Source: Halomicrobium mukohataei DSM 12286
GTDB taxonomy: Archaea; Halobacteriota; Halobacteria; Halobacteriales; Haloarculaceae
DNA: 32,000 bases
Assembly (NCBI RefSeq): GCF_000023965.1
Contig: NC_013201.1
Span: 90,001-122,000, forward strand
Direction: 5' to 3'
In this document: positions 23,720 through 32,000 of the stretch, piece after piece
Layout of the letters: every line of letters begins with the position of its first letter
Position numbering within the stretch: position 1 is the first letter of the stretch
The notes under the pieces: model-generated
What the model saw: only the letters and a program-made list of their open reading frames with translations
Told to the model about the DNA's origin: nothing
Database searches by the model: none
Translations under genes and position numbers: made by a program

Positions 23720-24979
23720 TCAGAAATCGCCGGTCGCGATCTCCGCCAGCCGTTGTCTGTCGAACAGCTGTTCGTCCGCCGACAGCTCCCCGTAGCCCGG
23801 ATACGCTCCGAACTCCTCGGGGTAGAGCTGCTTTGCGGCCATCTCGGTCTGGAACATGTTGATGATCGGCCCCTGGTAGGGCGTGCCCCCGACGAACAGG
23901 TCCCCGTTGTCGACCGCGGTCACCCTGCTTCCGACGGGGTGGTCTTCGAGCAACTCCCGTTGCTGCTGGATGTAGTTCGTGCCGTCGAACGCTCGGTAGG
24001 TGATCCCGAAGTTGAAGATGATCACGTCCGGATCGTACTCCAGCAGCCCCTCGTGGTCGACGGTCACCGACGACTGGCCGTCGTAGGCCCCGTCGAACGC
24101 GTCGACGACGCCCAGGTCTCGATACTGCTTTTTCCCCCACGTCGCTTCGACTTCGGAGTTCGGATTGTAGACGACCCATCCGTCCCGGTTCTCGGGGTTG
24201 TACCGGCCGTTGATCAGCGCCATCGACCGCCGGTCTTCTCTGGGCGGTAATCGGTCAGTGACCGACTCGACGAACGGTTCGTACAGCTCCAGCAGTGCGT
24301 TTCCGCGTTCCTGTTCACCGAACAGCGCCGCGTACTTCGGAATGTACTCGGGAAGCGAGAGGTAGTCGTAGGGCTCTCCGACCGGCCAGTGTGTCCAGCC
24401 GTCGAAGCGCTTTCGCCTGCTCTCGTTGCCGAACCAGGGGGCGACGTCCGCTTGGATCCGGCGCGCCCCCGCTTCGTCGAGTCCGTAGATCCCCATCAGG
24501 GCGTTCGGGTCGACCGCCATGAGGTCCGGGTCCAGCTCGTACACCATTTCGATGTCCGTCTCGCGGTCTTCGGTCGTGATCTGGGTGAGTTCGTCCTCCG
24601 ATGGTGCGGTCACGCCGTCGAGGAAGTCGTAGAACCCGGTGTACCAGAAGCTCGGGTCGACCATCCCGACCGCGCCGTCCGCCTGCCCGAGCGCCGTCAG
24701 TACGTCGGCAGTGAACCCGAGCCCGCCGATCCACGACGACGGCGGCTCTTCGAGAGTCACCTCGCCGACGGGCGGCATCGTCGCCGTGTACGACTGCTCG
24801 GGAGTGGGCGTGTCCTCCTTCGACGCCGTCGCCGTCGGCTCGGGGGTCGGCGTCGCCGTCTCGGTCACGTCCGAACCCGAACTCTCCTGATCGGTACAGC
24901 CAGCCAGCAGGCCCGATGTGGCGACGGTGAACCCGTATTTGATCGCGTCACGTCGAGTCGATGTCTCGTCTTCGACCAT
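23720..24979 (-). CDS. ABC-transporter substrate-binding lipoprotein, iron-siderophore/cobalamin class (PF01497-like)
   Basis: The N-terminus is a Tat/lipobox signal, TRRDAIKYGFTVATSGLLAGC, followed by a Thr/Pro/Glu-rich linker. Class hallmarks are ELDPDLMAVDP and YDPDVIIFNFG. No permease or ATPase gene is adjacent. Confidence 0.7.
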   Translation of the reverse strand: MVEDETSTRRDAIKYGFTVATSGLLAGCTDQESSGSDVTETATPTPEPTATASKEDTPTPEQSYTATMPPVGEVTLEEPPSSWIGGLGFTADVLTALGQADGAVGMVDPSFWYTGFYDFLDGVTAPSEDELTQITTEDRETDIEMVYELDPDLMAVDPNALMGIYGLDEAGARRIQADVAPWFGNESRRKRFDGWTHWPVGEPYDYLSLPEYIPKYAALFGEQERGNALLELYEPFVESVTDRLPPREDRRSMALINGRYNPENRDGWVVYNPNSEVEATWGKKQYRDLGVVDAFDGAYDGQSSVTVDHEGLLEYDPDVIIFNFGITYRAFDGTNYIQQQRELLEDHPVGSRVTAVDNGDLFVGGTPYQGPIINMFQTEMAAKQLYPEEFGAYPGYGELSADEQLFDRQRLAEIATGDF

Positions 24980-24997
24980 GATTTTAGGCTAACCTAA
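24979..24997. promoter_or_regulatory. DtxR/IdeR-type iron box overlapping the start of the binding-protein gene
   Basis: TGATTTTAGGCTAACCTAA matches the DtxR consensus TWAGGTTAGSCTAACCTWA at 16 of 19 positions, with the right half-site perfect. On the coding (minus) strand it lies between the TATA (TTTATAT, about 25001-25007) and the ATG (24979-24977). Confidence 0.5.
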
Positions 24998-25164
24998 TAA
25001 TATAAATGGGCTGTGGTTTAGGACGGCCAAATACTTTTGCCGGCACCTTCAGCGCGACTCGCACGTCCGTTGCTGTTCGCCGTCGGATCCGGTGGCACCG
25101 CTGTACGACATCGGATCTCGTGGGGTGGAGATATCCGTGATATAGTAACAATTGAAACGATTTA

Positions 25165-25215
25165 CACACCGATCGCACTGCAGTCATGCGATCGGGTGTG
25201 CATTGATTTTCAATG
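25165..25215 (-). terminator. Two adjacent hairpins downstream of the histidine kinase gene
   Basis: CACACCGATCGCA-loop-TGCGATCGGGTGTG (25165..25200) has a ~13-bp stem with one bulge. It is followed by CATTGA-TTT-TCAATG (25201..25215). Both lie 3' of the stop at 25243 on the minus strand. Confidence 0.35.
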
Positions 25216-25242
25216 GCTACTATAGACAGACTGCCGGCAGTG

Positions 25243-28200
25243 TCACGGGGTCATCTCGATCTCGAACCGCGCTCCACCCGTCGTCCCGCTGGTGGCACTG
25301 ACCGTCCAGCCGTGGGCCTTCGCGATGTCTTCGACGATCGAGAGTCCGAAGCCGGTGCCACCCTCGTTCGTGGTGGTGCCGTGTTCGAACACAGTCGTTC
25401 GCTTCTCTGGCGGAATCCCGACACCGTTGTCTTCGACGTAGAATCCGTCCGCTTCCGTCAGTCGTCCCACGTTCACCGAAACCTCCTCGCCACCGTGTTC
25501 GACTGCGTTTCGGAAGAGATTCTCGAACAGTTGGGTCAAGCGACCACTGTCGCCCGCGACGACCGGGACAGATTCGACCGTCAACGTCGCCTCACTCGTG
25601 TCGACGTACCCCCACGCTTCCGTCGCAATCGTTTCGAGGTCGATCTCTTCGGTCTCGGTCACGGTCGACTCGCCACGTGCGAGCGTGAGCAGGTCGTCGA
25701 TCAGACGCTCGATGCGCTCGTGTGCGGTCTCGACCTTCTCGAAGTGTGCCGGATCCTGTGTCTGCTGGACGATATCGGTGAACCCGATCGCGACGCTGAG
25801 TGGGTTCCTGAGGTCGTGGGCAACGACGCTCGCAAACTGGTCCAGCCGTTCGTTCTGGCGCTGTAGCTTCGCCTCTCTGTTCGCCCGACCGAAGGCGGCT
25901 TCGACGGTCGCACCGAGGATGCGAAACAGGTCCACATCCGTCTCGGAGAACCCTCGTTCGTTCGAGGTCCCGACGCCGACGAGTCCGTACTCACCCAGCG
26001 GGACGAACAGCCCACTCGTCGGCAATGCGGCTGCGTCGTCGATTCCCGGTTCCTCCTGAAGATTGTCGTACGTCCGCAGCTCCGAGGACTCGAACGCCTC
26101 CCAGGCCAGATTCTCATCTGGTTGGAGCCGTGGCAACTCGCCGAGCAGGTCCCGGACGGCCGCACTCGACGCCAGCGGAACGAGTTCGTCCGCTCGCTGG
26201 TCGGACTCCCAGATTCCTGTGAGCTCGAAGCCGAGAATCTCGACGGCTGCCTCGATGGCGATTTCCCCGATCTCACTGCCAGACTGTGCCCTGCTGAGCC
26301 GCTGGGACGTCTCCTGTAGCGAGCGCAGTTTCGCCTCCAGCTCTTTTTGCTCGGTGATGTCTTCGAGCACTGCGAGGATACTCGTTACCTCGCCGTCGGG
26401 ATCACTGATCGGGGCGACCGACAGGAGCAGGTCCAGTTCGTCGCCGTCCTTGGTCTTTCGTCGTATCTCCTCGCCGCGGATCCGCTCGCCGCTCATGGCT
26501 CGCTGTCGATGCTCGTCGAACTCGGCCTGCCTGTCTTGGGGGATCATCGGGTTCGGCTCACCGAGCACCTCCGCTCGCGACCAGCCGAACATCTTCTCTG
26601 CCTCGTCGTTCCAGCGAGTGACGATGCCGTCACGGTCGATCTCCATCACGGTGAGTGGCGTCGCTTCGATGAGCGATTCGAGCCGCTGGTTCGTCGCTTC
26701 GAGATTCCGCTCGCGTTCGACCTGTTCGGTGACGTTGCGTGCGATGCCGACGATCTTGACGATCTCCCCGTCGATTATCACCGGTGCGAGGCTCGTCTCC
26801 CAGAACCGTGCACCGTCATCGATGGCCAGCTCCTCTCGGTACGAGATCGGCTCTCGTTGCTCGACACAGCGGCCGTAGTTCGCTTCGAGCTCTGCGCCGC
26901 GTTTCGCTCCGAACACCTCGCTCGGCGTCTGATGTCGAACGTCTTCGGTCGTCAGCCCGGTCTGGGTTTCGTACCCCGGGCTGAGCCGGGAGAACTCGAA
27001 TGCCGGATCCGCGTCGGTCGTGTCGACGTTCAGCAGGAAGATCGCGTCACCGGACGTTTCCAGCAGTGCCTCGTACTCCTCTGCGAGTTCTCGGTGGTCG
27101 CGCTCCTGGGTCTTCCGCTCGGTGATATCTTGAAACACGCCACGGAGCACGGTCGTGTCGTTGGGTGTGTTGTCGACGCGTTCGCCCCACACGCGCACGT
27201 CGCGGATCTCGCCGTCGGCTCGAACGATCCGGAGATCGAGGTCGTAGGCCTCCCCGTGTTCGAGTGTCTGCTCGACCGCAGTCGCGATCGTTTCCCTGTC
27301 GTCGGGATGGTAGAAGTCGATCGCGTCTTCGAGTGACGGGTCGTAGTCGTCCTCGACACCGTGGATTCGACGGACCCCGTCGGACCATTCGAGATCGCCC
27401 GTCGATGGGAAGTACTCCCAGACACCGATCTCCGCGATGTCCTGTACCCGCTCGAAGAGGAAGTCCTGCCGTTCGAGTTCGGTCTGGTCGCGGTTGCGGG
27501 ATATCTCGGTGCTCACCAGTTCCGACAACAGTTCGACGAACGTCTGTTCGAGTGGGCCAAAGGGCGTGACTCGTGTGCTCGGGCTCGAGAAGTTGATCGT
27601 TCCGTAGCGCTCACCGTCGACGACGAGTGGCGCACCGATGTACGACTCCAGTCCGAGCTCGCGATAGGCTGGATGGGTTCGCTTTCCGTCGGCGACCGCA
27701 TCGGTGAACGCACAGACTCCGTCATCGTCGATGACCTCTGCACAGTACGTCGCTTCGAGTTCGAACTGTGCTCCCGGTTCGATGTCGGTTTCCGGTGCGT
27801 GGACTGCCTCGACGGTGTAGTCGCTGCCGCGGACGCGCGAAGCGATCCCGATCTCTAGGTCCAGCGTCCGACAGCCGACTGCCAGCAGTTCCCGGAGCCG
27901 GGTCTCGCCCGAGACGTCGCTCTTTGCCATGATGCCCTGGAGCTCTCGGAGCGCGTCCCGTTCTCGTTGTGCTCGTCGCTTGACTTCGCTCTGTTCCGTG
28001 ATGTCCCGGGCGACGACGAGGACCTGCTCGCCGGTGCCACTTCGGAACGGCGTTACGCGGATGTCGAAGGTCCGTTCGTCGTTCCCGATCGCCATCTCGA
28101 CCTGTAGATCCGAGTCGTACAGGCCGGTCAGGCCACCGTCGCCCTCTGGTCCGTCGAGCGCGGCGTCGATGACGCTTCGTAGCTGCTCTGCCTCCTCCTC

Positions 28201-29145
28201 GGAGAGTCGCTCCTCGACGACCGCGTCGAGCTGTCGCCGGTTGACTGTCGTCGACTGGTTTCCCCCGACCAAGCGTTTGCCGGCTCCGTTCGCGAACCTC
28301 ACGACGCCGTCCTCGTCGACGACGAACACGATGTCGTGGATGTTTTCGAGGATCGCCGCGCTGCGCTCCAGTTCTCGTTCTCGCTCCCGTTCGTCCGTGG
28401 TCTCACGCGAGAAGACGGTCAGGCCGTCGTCGTCGGGAAATGCCCGCACCTCGACCCAGTACTCGAAGGGGTCGCCGAGGCGCTGCTCGAACGACACCGG
28501 CTCGCCGGTCTCCATGGCAGTGCGATACCGCTCTTCGAGTTCTGTGCCGACGATCGAGGGGAACTCGTCCCAGATTCTGCTGCCGACGATGCTCTCCGGG
28601 TCCCTGTCGATCCGGTCGGCCATCTTCTCGTTCATGTACTCGATCCGCCAGTCGTTATCCACCGCGTATATCGCGTCGGTGGCACGTTCGAGCGTCCGCT
28701 GGAATCGATCGGAGAGCCGCTGTGCGATGGCCGCTTTGCGTGCCGCTTCGACCAGCGTGTGGATGCGACGTGCGAGTAGCTCGAAGTTGTGCTGGTCTGC
28801 CCGCAGCGGGATGTAATCTGAGACACCCGCCTGCGTCGCCTCGCTGGCGATCCGCTCGTTGCCTCTGCCGGTAAACAGGATCGTCGGCAACTCGGTGTCC
28901 GCTGATCGAATCTGCTCTATGAGCTCGATTCCCGTTCCGTCCGGCAGCGAGTAGGAAGTGACGACACAATCGATGGCCGCCGTCTCGATCTGGTCACGGG
29001 CGGCTGCGACTGTGCCAGCAGTCGAAATCTCGAATGCCGAAGAGTGACTCTGGAGTTTGGCACGTGCCAGGTCGACGAAGTCGGTGTCGTCGTTCACATA
29101 CAGAAGGCGAATCTCCTCCGACGTGGCGTTCTCTGTATAATTCAT
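25243..29145 (-). CDS. Hybrid sensor histidine kinase: N-terminal receiver, multiple PAS/PAC and GAF modules, HisKA, HATPase_c
   Basis: The receiver domain reads IRLLYVNDDTDFVDLA...DCVVTSYSLPDGTGIEL. PAS-end signatures recur: SRETTDERERE, ARDITEQSEVK, FQDITERKTQE, ARNVTEQVERE and LEDITEQKELE. Core kinase boxes are the H-box VVAHDLRNPLSVA, N-box FRNAVEHGG, and G-boxes VEDNGVGIP and GGTGFGLSIV. I preferred the ATG at 29145 (MNYTENAT); the ORF opens at 29175. Confidence 0.9.
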   Translation of the reverse strand: MNYTENATSEEIRLLYVNDDTDFVDLARAKLQSHSSAFEISTAGTVAAARDQIETAAIDCVVTSYSLPDGTGIELIEQIRSADTELPTILFTGRGNERIASEATQAGVSDYIPLRADQHNFELLARRIHTLVEAARKAAIAQRLSDRFQRTLERATDAIYAVDNDWRIEYMNEKMADRIDRDPESIVGSRIWDEFPSIVGTELEERYRTAMETGEPVSFEQRLGDPFEYWVEVRAFPDDDGLTVFSRETTDERERERELERSAAILENIHDIVFVVDEDGVVRFANGAGKRLVGGNQSTTVNRRQLDAVVEERLSEEEAEQLRSVIDAALDGPEGDGGLTGLYDSDLQVEMAIGNDERTFDIRVTPFRSGTGEQVLVVARDITEQSEVKRRAQRERDALRELQGIMAKSDVSGETRLRELLAVGCRTLDLEIGIASRVRGSDYTVEAVHAPETDIEPGAQFELEATYCAEVIDDDGVCAFTDAVADGKRTHPAYRELGLESYIGAPLVVDGERYGTINFSSPSTRVTPFGPLEQTFVELLSELVSTEISRNRDQTELERQDFLFERVQDIAEIGVWEYFPSTGDLEWSDGVRRIHGVEDDYDPSLEDAIDFYHPDDRETIATAVEQTLEHGEAYDLDLRIVRADGEIRDVRVWGERVDNTPNDTTVLRGVFQDITERKTQERDHRELAEEYEALLETSGDAIFLLNVDTTDADPAFEFSRLSPGYETQTGLTTEDVRHQTPSEVFGAKRGAELEANYGRCVEQREPISYREELAIDDGARFWETSLAPVIIDGEIVKIVGIARNVTEQVERERNLEATNQRLESLIEATPLTVMEIDRDGIVTRWNDEAEKMFGWSRAEVLGEPNPMIPQDRQAEFDEHRQRAMSGERIRGEEIRRKTKDGDELDLLLSVAPISDPDGEVTSILAVLEDITEQKELEAKLRSLQETSQRLSRAQSGSEIGEIAIEAAVEILGFELTGIWESDQRADELVPLASSAAVRDLLGELPRLQPDENLAWEAFESSELRTYDNLQEEPGIDDAAALPTSGLFVPLGEYGLVGVGTSNERGFSETDVDLFRILGATVEAAFGRANREAKLQRQNERLDQFASVVAHDLRNPLSVAIGFTDIVQQTQDPAHFEKVETAHERIERLIDDLLTLARGESTVTETEEIDLETIATEAWGYVDTSEATLTVESVPVVAGDSGRLTQLFENLFRNAVEHGGEEVSVNVGRLTEADGFYVEDNGVGIPPEKRTTVFEHGTTTNEGGTGFGLSIVEDIAKAHGWTVSATSGTTGGARFEIEMTP

Positions 29146-29264
29146 TACTGTACAAAGGCAGTGCTGTTTAATCAATCACATGTGCCAATTCTCTTTCGTG
29201 ATAGTCGAAGGTCCCGGCCGAGTCGACGCCGACGGCCGTGTCTCTCGGACCGTCCTGAGTACGC

Positions 29265-29647
29265 TCAGTGATCCCCGATGATGACGTCTGCGACCCGCTG
29301 TCGGTCGAACAGCGTGAGCGAAGCCTCTCGAAGTGTCTCTATCCCGTTCCACTCGCCGAACGCCTCGGGGCTGTCGGCTTTACCCAGGGCGATACCCATG
29401 TCGCCGTACGTACTGAGGTAGCTCACCCAGCGCTCGGGGGGCGCGTCGAACTCGACGGTGCCCATCGGTTCCATCGTTACCGAGTAACTGGTGTCGGCGT
29501 CGGTTTCTGTCACCGTCTCTGTGGCCTCCGACGTTGGGGTCCCGGCGTCCGTCGACTCGGGGTCTCCGCCGGACCCGCTATCGCCCGTACAGCCGGCGAG
29601 CAATCTCGTCGCGTCGGTGGCTCCCAGCCGCTGCTGTGGCCTTCCAT
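29265..29647 (-). pseudogene. Decayed paralogue of the 23720..24979 substrate-binding protein gene
   Basis: SYSVTMEPMGTVEFDAPPERWVSYLSTYGDMGIALGKADS aligns with SYTATMPPVGEVTLEEPPSSWIGGLGFTADVLTALGQADG of the paralogue. It then jumps directly to PEAFGEWNGIETLREASLTLFDRQRVADVIIGDH, which aligns with PEEFGAYPGYGELSADEQLFDRQRLAEIATGDF, so about 270 codons are missing. The ATG at 29647 gives MEGHSSGWEPPTRRD in a different frame from LLAGCTGD, meaning the signal-peptide core is deleted and frameshifted. The upstream tttaggccagcctactata resembles the paralogue's promoter and box. Confidence 0.6.
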
Positions 29648-29821
29648 GAGTTTTAGGCCAGCCTACTATATGGAAAGCGTCCCGGTACTTCGCTGGTACG
29701 GACGGTCGTAGGAATGTTCTGGTGAGCGTCGCCACGGGGGAGACGCTCACCGGTACGCAACGACAACCGCCCGTACGAGTCGCTGCCAGCGACATCTCGG
29801 CGAAGGAATCTGCGACCGTGA

Positions 29822-29837
29822 ATTAGACTAGTCTAAT
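29822..29837. promoter_or_regulatory. Perfect 16-bp palindrome upstream of the ZnuA-like gene (candidate metalloregulator operator)
   Basis: ATTAGACTAGTCTAAT is perfectly self-complementary, sits in an AT-rich intergenic region and ends 56 nt upstream of the ATG at 29893. It shares the TTAG...CTAA arms of DtxR-family sites. A TATA-like ctatatt lies about 29-23 nt upstream of the ATG. Confidence 0.45.
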
Positions 29838-29892
29838 CTTTAGCTTTGATAGAAACTACTATATTCTTCGACCCATCTCTAGCTAGTCGACG

Positions 29893-30981
29893 ATGGACGA
29901 CACACCGCAGTCTCGAACGCGGGACAGATTCTCACGCAGGAGAGCCATTACTGCCGGTGCAGGACTTCTCGCCACCGGCCTCGCCGGATGCACGAACAGC
30001 GTCGGTAGCAGCGATACCACGCCCGCGAGCGACGCGGGCGGCGCGAACGGAGACGGCCCCACTGTCGCAGTCGCCTCCTTTTTCAGCTTCTACGACTTCG
30101 CACGGAACGTCGTCGACGGGACACCGCTTCGAGTGAAAAACCTCGTCCCGACCGGACTGCACGGTCACGGGTGGGAGCCGAATGCGAGCGTCACGAAAGA
30201 GATCGTCGAAGCCGACGCGTTTCTCCACGTCGGTCCGGGGTTCCAGCCGTGGGCCGACCGCGCGATTCAGACGCTCGAAGACGACGCCGTCGACACACAG
30301 TTGATCAACGCCCGTGAGGGCGTCGAAATGGTCGATCTCGCCGCGACGCTGGACCCCGAGGAAGAGGGGGTCGGAAAGCAGCAAGGGAAGGACCCACACT
30401 TCTGGCTCGATCCCGACCGCGCGAAGAAATCGGTAGACAACATCGCCGACGGGCTCGCGAAACTCGCGCCCGACCAAGCCAACACTCTCCGAACGAACGC
30501 CGAGACGTACAAATCCGACACCCTCGAACGGATCGACCGGGACTACCGGGCCATCTTCGATGCCGCCGACCGAAACGTCGTGCAGCTCGCGGCGCACAAC
30601 GCCTTCCAGTACATCGGCGTCAAATACGACGCCGAGATGGTCCCCCTCGTTACGAACCTCGCAGCCAGCGGTGACGTCAAGCCCTCGGACATCACCGAGG
30701 CGAAGGCGGTCATCGAGCGAAACGACATCGACTACATCGCAAACGGCGTCTTCGAGTCACGGAAGCCGGCGAAGCAACTGCTCGACGAAACGCGAGTCGC
30801 CGGCTATCTCCCCGTCACCCCCTACGCGGGGGTCCGGGAAGACTGGGTCGAGAACGACTGGGGCTACGAGGAGATCGCCTACAACATCAACATGCCCACG
30901 TTCGAGGTCGTCCTCGGCAACAAACGACCCGAGGAAGCCGGACCCGACGGCTGGGCCGACGAGTGGCTGAACTTCGAGTGA
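29893..30981 (+). CDS. znuA: Metal (Zn/Mn) ABC transporter substrate-binding lipoprotein, ZnuA/TroA family
   Basis: The N-terminus is a Tat/lipobox signal, SRRRAITAGAGLLATGLAGC. Family hallmarks are FFSFYDFARNV, HGHGWEP, DPHFWLDP and AAHNAFQYIG. Confidence 0.85.
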   Translation: MDDTPQSRTRDRFSRRRAITAGAGLLATGLAGCTNSVGSSDTTPASDAGGANGDGPTVAVASFFSFYDFARNVVDGTPLRVKNLVPTGLHGHGWEPNASVTKEIVEADAFLHVGPGFQPWADRAIQTLEDDAVDTQLINAREGVEMVDLAATLDPEEEGVGKQQGKDPHFWLDPDRAKKSVDNIADGLAKLAPDQANTLRTNAETYKSDTLERIDRDYRAIFDAADRNVVQLAAHNAFQYIGVKYDAEMVPLVTNLAASGDVKPSDITEAKAVIERNDIDYIANGVFESRKPAKQLLDETRVAGYLPVTPYAGVREDWVENDWGYEEIAYNINMPTFEVVLGNKRPEEAGPDGWADEWLNFE

Positions 30982-30987
30982 CCGCCA

Positions 30988-31776
30988 ATGAGCACACACT
31001 CCCCCGAGAACACCACGAGCTCGGAATCGACCGACAGTACCGAGCCGATCATCGAACTGTCCGGCGTCGACTTCGGATACACGTCTACCCCAGTCGTCGC
31101 CGACGTCTCGCTTCGGATCGACCCCGGTGAGTACGTTGCGGTCGTTGGTCCGAACGGGTCGGGAAAGTCGACGCTGATGAAGTTGATGCTGGGGCTGGTT
31201 CGACCGGACGAGGGCGTTGCTCGGCTCTTCGGCGAACCTTCCCACGAGTTCGACGACGGCTCCCGTCTCGGCTACGTCGCCCAGCACGCCAGCGCGTCCA
31301 AAGAGATGCCGATCACCGTCCGCGAAGTCGTAAAGATGGGTCGGTTCCCACACGTCGGCTTCGGTCGTCTCTCCAGTGCGGACTGGGGCATCGTAGACGA
31401 GGCGCTTGCCACCGTCGGCATGACGGCGTTCGCCGATCGCCGCGTGACACAGCTGTCGGGCGGTCAGCGCCAGCGGGCATTCATCGCCCGCGCGCTCGCC
31501 GGCGAGGCCGACCTGCTCGTGCTCGACGAGCCGACCGTCGGCGTCGACATGGAGTCCGTCGAGGCGTTCTACGATCTCCTGGATTCGCTGAACGGCAACG
31601 GTATCACAGTCTTACTCATCGAGCACGATCTGGGTGCGGTCACCGAACACGCCGAACGCGTCGTCTGTCTCAACCGAGAGGTCTACTTCGACGGACCGGC
31701 CACCGAGTTCGTCGAGAGCGACTCTCTGGCTCGCGCATTCGGCACCAGCGCGAACCTGCTGGGTGGGTCTCGATGA
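30988..31776 (+). CDS. znuC: Metal ABC transporter ATP-binding protein (ZnuC-like)
   Basis: Motifs are Walker A GPNGSGKSTL, signature LSGGQRQRAFIARAL, Walker B LLVLDEPTVGVD and H-loop LLIEHDL. Confidence 0.9.
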   Translation: MSTHSPENTTSSESTDSTEPIIELSGVDFGYTSTPVVADVSLRIDPGEYVAVVGPNGSGKSTLMKLMLGLVRPDEGVARLFGEPSHEFDDGSRLGYVAQHASASKEMPITVREVVKMGRFPHVGFGRLSSADWGIVDEALATVGMTAFADRRVTQLSGGQRQRAFIARALAGEADLLVLDEPTVGVDMESVEAFYDLLDSLNGNGITVLLIEHDLGAVTEHAERVVCLNREVYFDGPATEFVESDSLARAFGTSANLLGGSR

Positions 31777-32000
31777 TTCACCTCGCTGCCCTGCCGCTTC
31801 GAGTGGGACTGCTCGACCCCGTGTTCGAGCCGCTGTACTGGATTCTGGCGTCCTGGTCGGAGGTTCTGTCGTGGCTCGCCGGCCAGACAGGCCTCGAAAT
31901 CCTGCGGTACGGGTTCATGCATCGGGCGATCCTGGTCGGGCTCTGCATTGGCGTGATGGCACCGCTGATCGGGACGTTTCTGGTCCACCGCCAGCTCGCG
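31773..32000 (+). CDS. znuB: Metal ABC transporter permease (ZnuB/ABC-3 family), 5' part; continues beyond window
   Basis: The start overlaps the ATPase gene stop (ATGA). The hydrophobic N-terminus includes FMHRAILVGLCIGVMAPLIGTFLVHRQLA, typical of ABC-3 permeases. The frame is open to the end of the window. Confidence 0.8.
   Translation, partial: MIHLAALPLRVGLLDPVFEPLYWILASWSEVLSWLAGQTGLEILRYGFMHRAILVGLCIGVMAPLIGTFLVHRQLA

Noticed and set aside
24984-25225. Small ORFs in the intergenic region (24984..25187 -, 67 aa; 25037..25225 +, 62 aa)
   Set aside because: The composition is basic or hydrophobic and unlike the acidic proteome, and there are no promoter-like elements at the right spacing. 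The region is better explained by promoter/operator and terminator hairpins.
25213-28816. Plus-strand ORFs inside the histidine kinase gene (25213..25866, 26063..26878, 26347..27336, 27929..28816)
   Set aside because: They lie antisense to a frame with unmistakable REC/PAS/HisKA/HATPase motifs. Their composition is Ser/Arg-rich or Val/Asp/Arg-rich without motifs.
3304-29892. tRNA/rRNA/other structured RNA genes in the intergenic regions (3304-3397, 5216-5351, 6393-6592, 7288-7435, 11178-11466, 17837-18140, 23639-23719, 24980-25242, 29176-29264, 29796-29892)
   Set aside because: I found no cloverleaf-compatible stems with a T-loop GTTCRAnnC signature and no rRNA-like conserved blocks by eye. 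A tRNAscan/Infernal run would be needed for certainty.

Overview
GC-rich DNA with an acidic predicted proteome and TATA-like boxes about 25-30 nt upstream of many start codons. This is almost certainly a haloarchaeal (class Halobacteria) replicon, and the region looks accessory or plasmid-like. All family calls come from motifs read by eye; no database search was run.

Gene order:
- 1-770: 3' part of a PQQ beta-propeller gene.
- 827-2446: Hanks-type Ser/Thr kinase with an acidic tandem-repeat tail.
- 2440-3276 (-): hypothetical protein.
- 3398-5215: DUF1810 gene split by a ~1.38 kb TnpB-only IS200/IS605 (IS1341-type) element.
- 5352-6392: Mrr-cat restriction endonuclease domain protein.
- 6593-7147: orphan Doc (Fic/Doc) toxin with a 45-codon ORF downstream.
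- 7436-7867 and 7854-8738: two-TM zinc-ribbon protein overlapping a short kinase.
- 8790-11177: kinase-PQQ propeller fusion.
- 11300-12764: iteron-rich region, a ParA-like ATPase and an acidic partner.
- 17836-12838 (-): retropepsin-like protease, HEAT-repeat kinase and two Tat lipoproteins.
- 18141-23638: divergent AddB-like plus AddA/UvrD-like helicase-nuclease pair.
- 23720-24979 (-): iron-type substrate-binding protein with a DtxR-like box.
- 25243-29145 (-): ~1300-aa hybrid REC-PAS/GAF histidine kinase.
- 29265-29647 (-): decayed paralogue of the binding protein.
- 29893-32000: ZnuABC-like metal transporter behind a perfect 16-bp palindrome.

I saw no rRNA, tRNA or CRISPR array. The most interesting candidates for an undescribed system are the protease/HEAT-kinase/lipoprotein gene string and the divergent helicase-nuclease pair next to it. 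The density of four or five non-canonical kinases around mobile and toxin genes is also notable.
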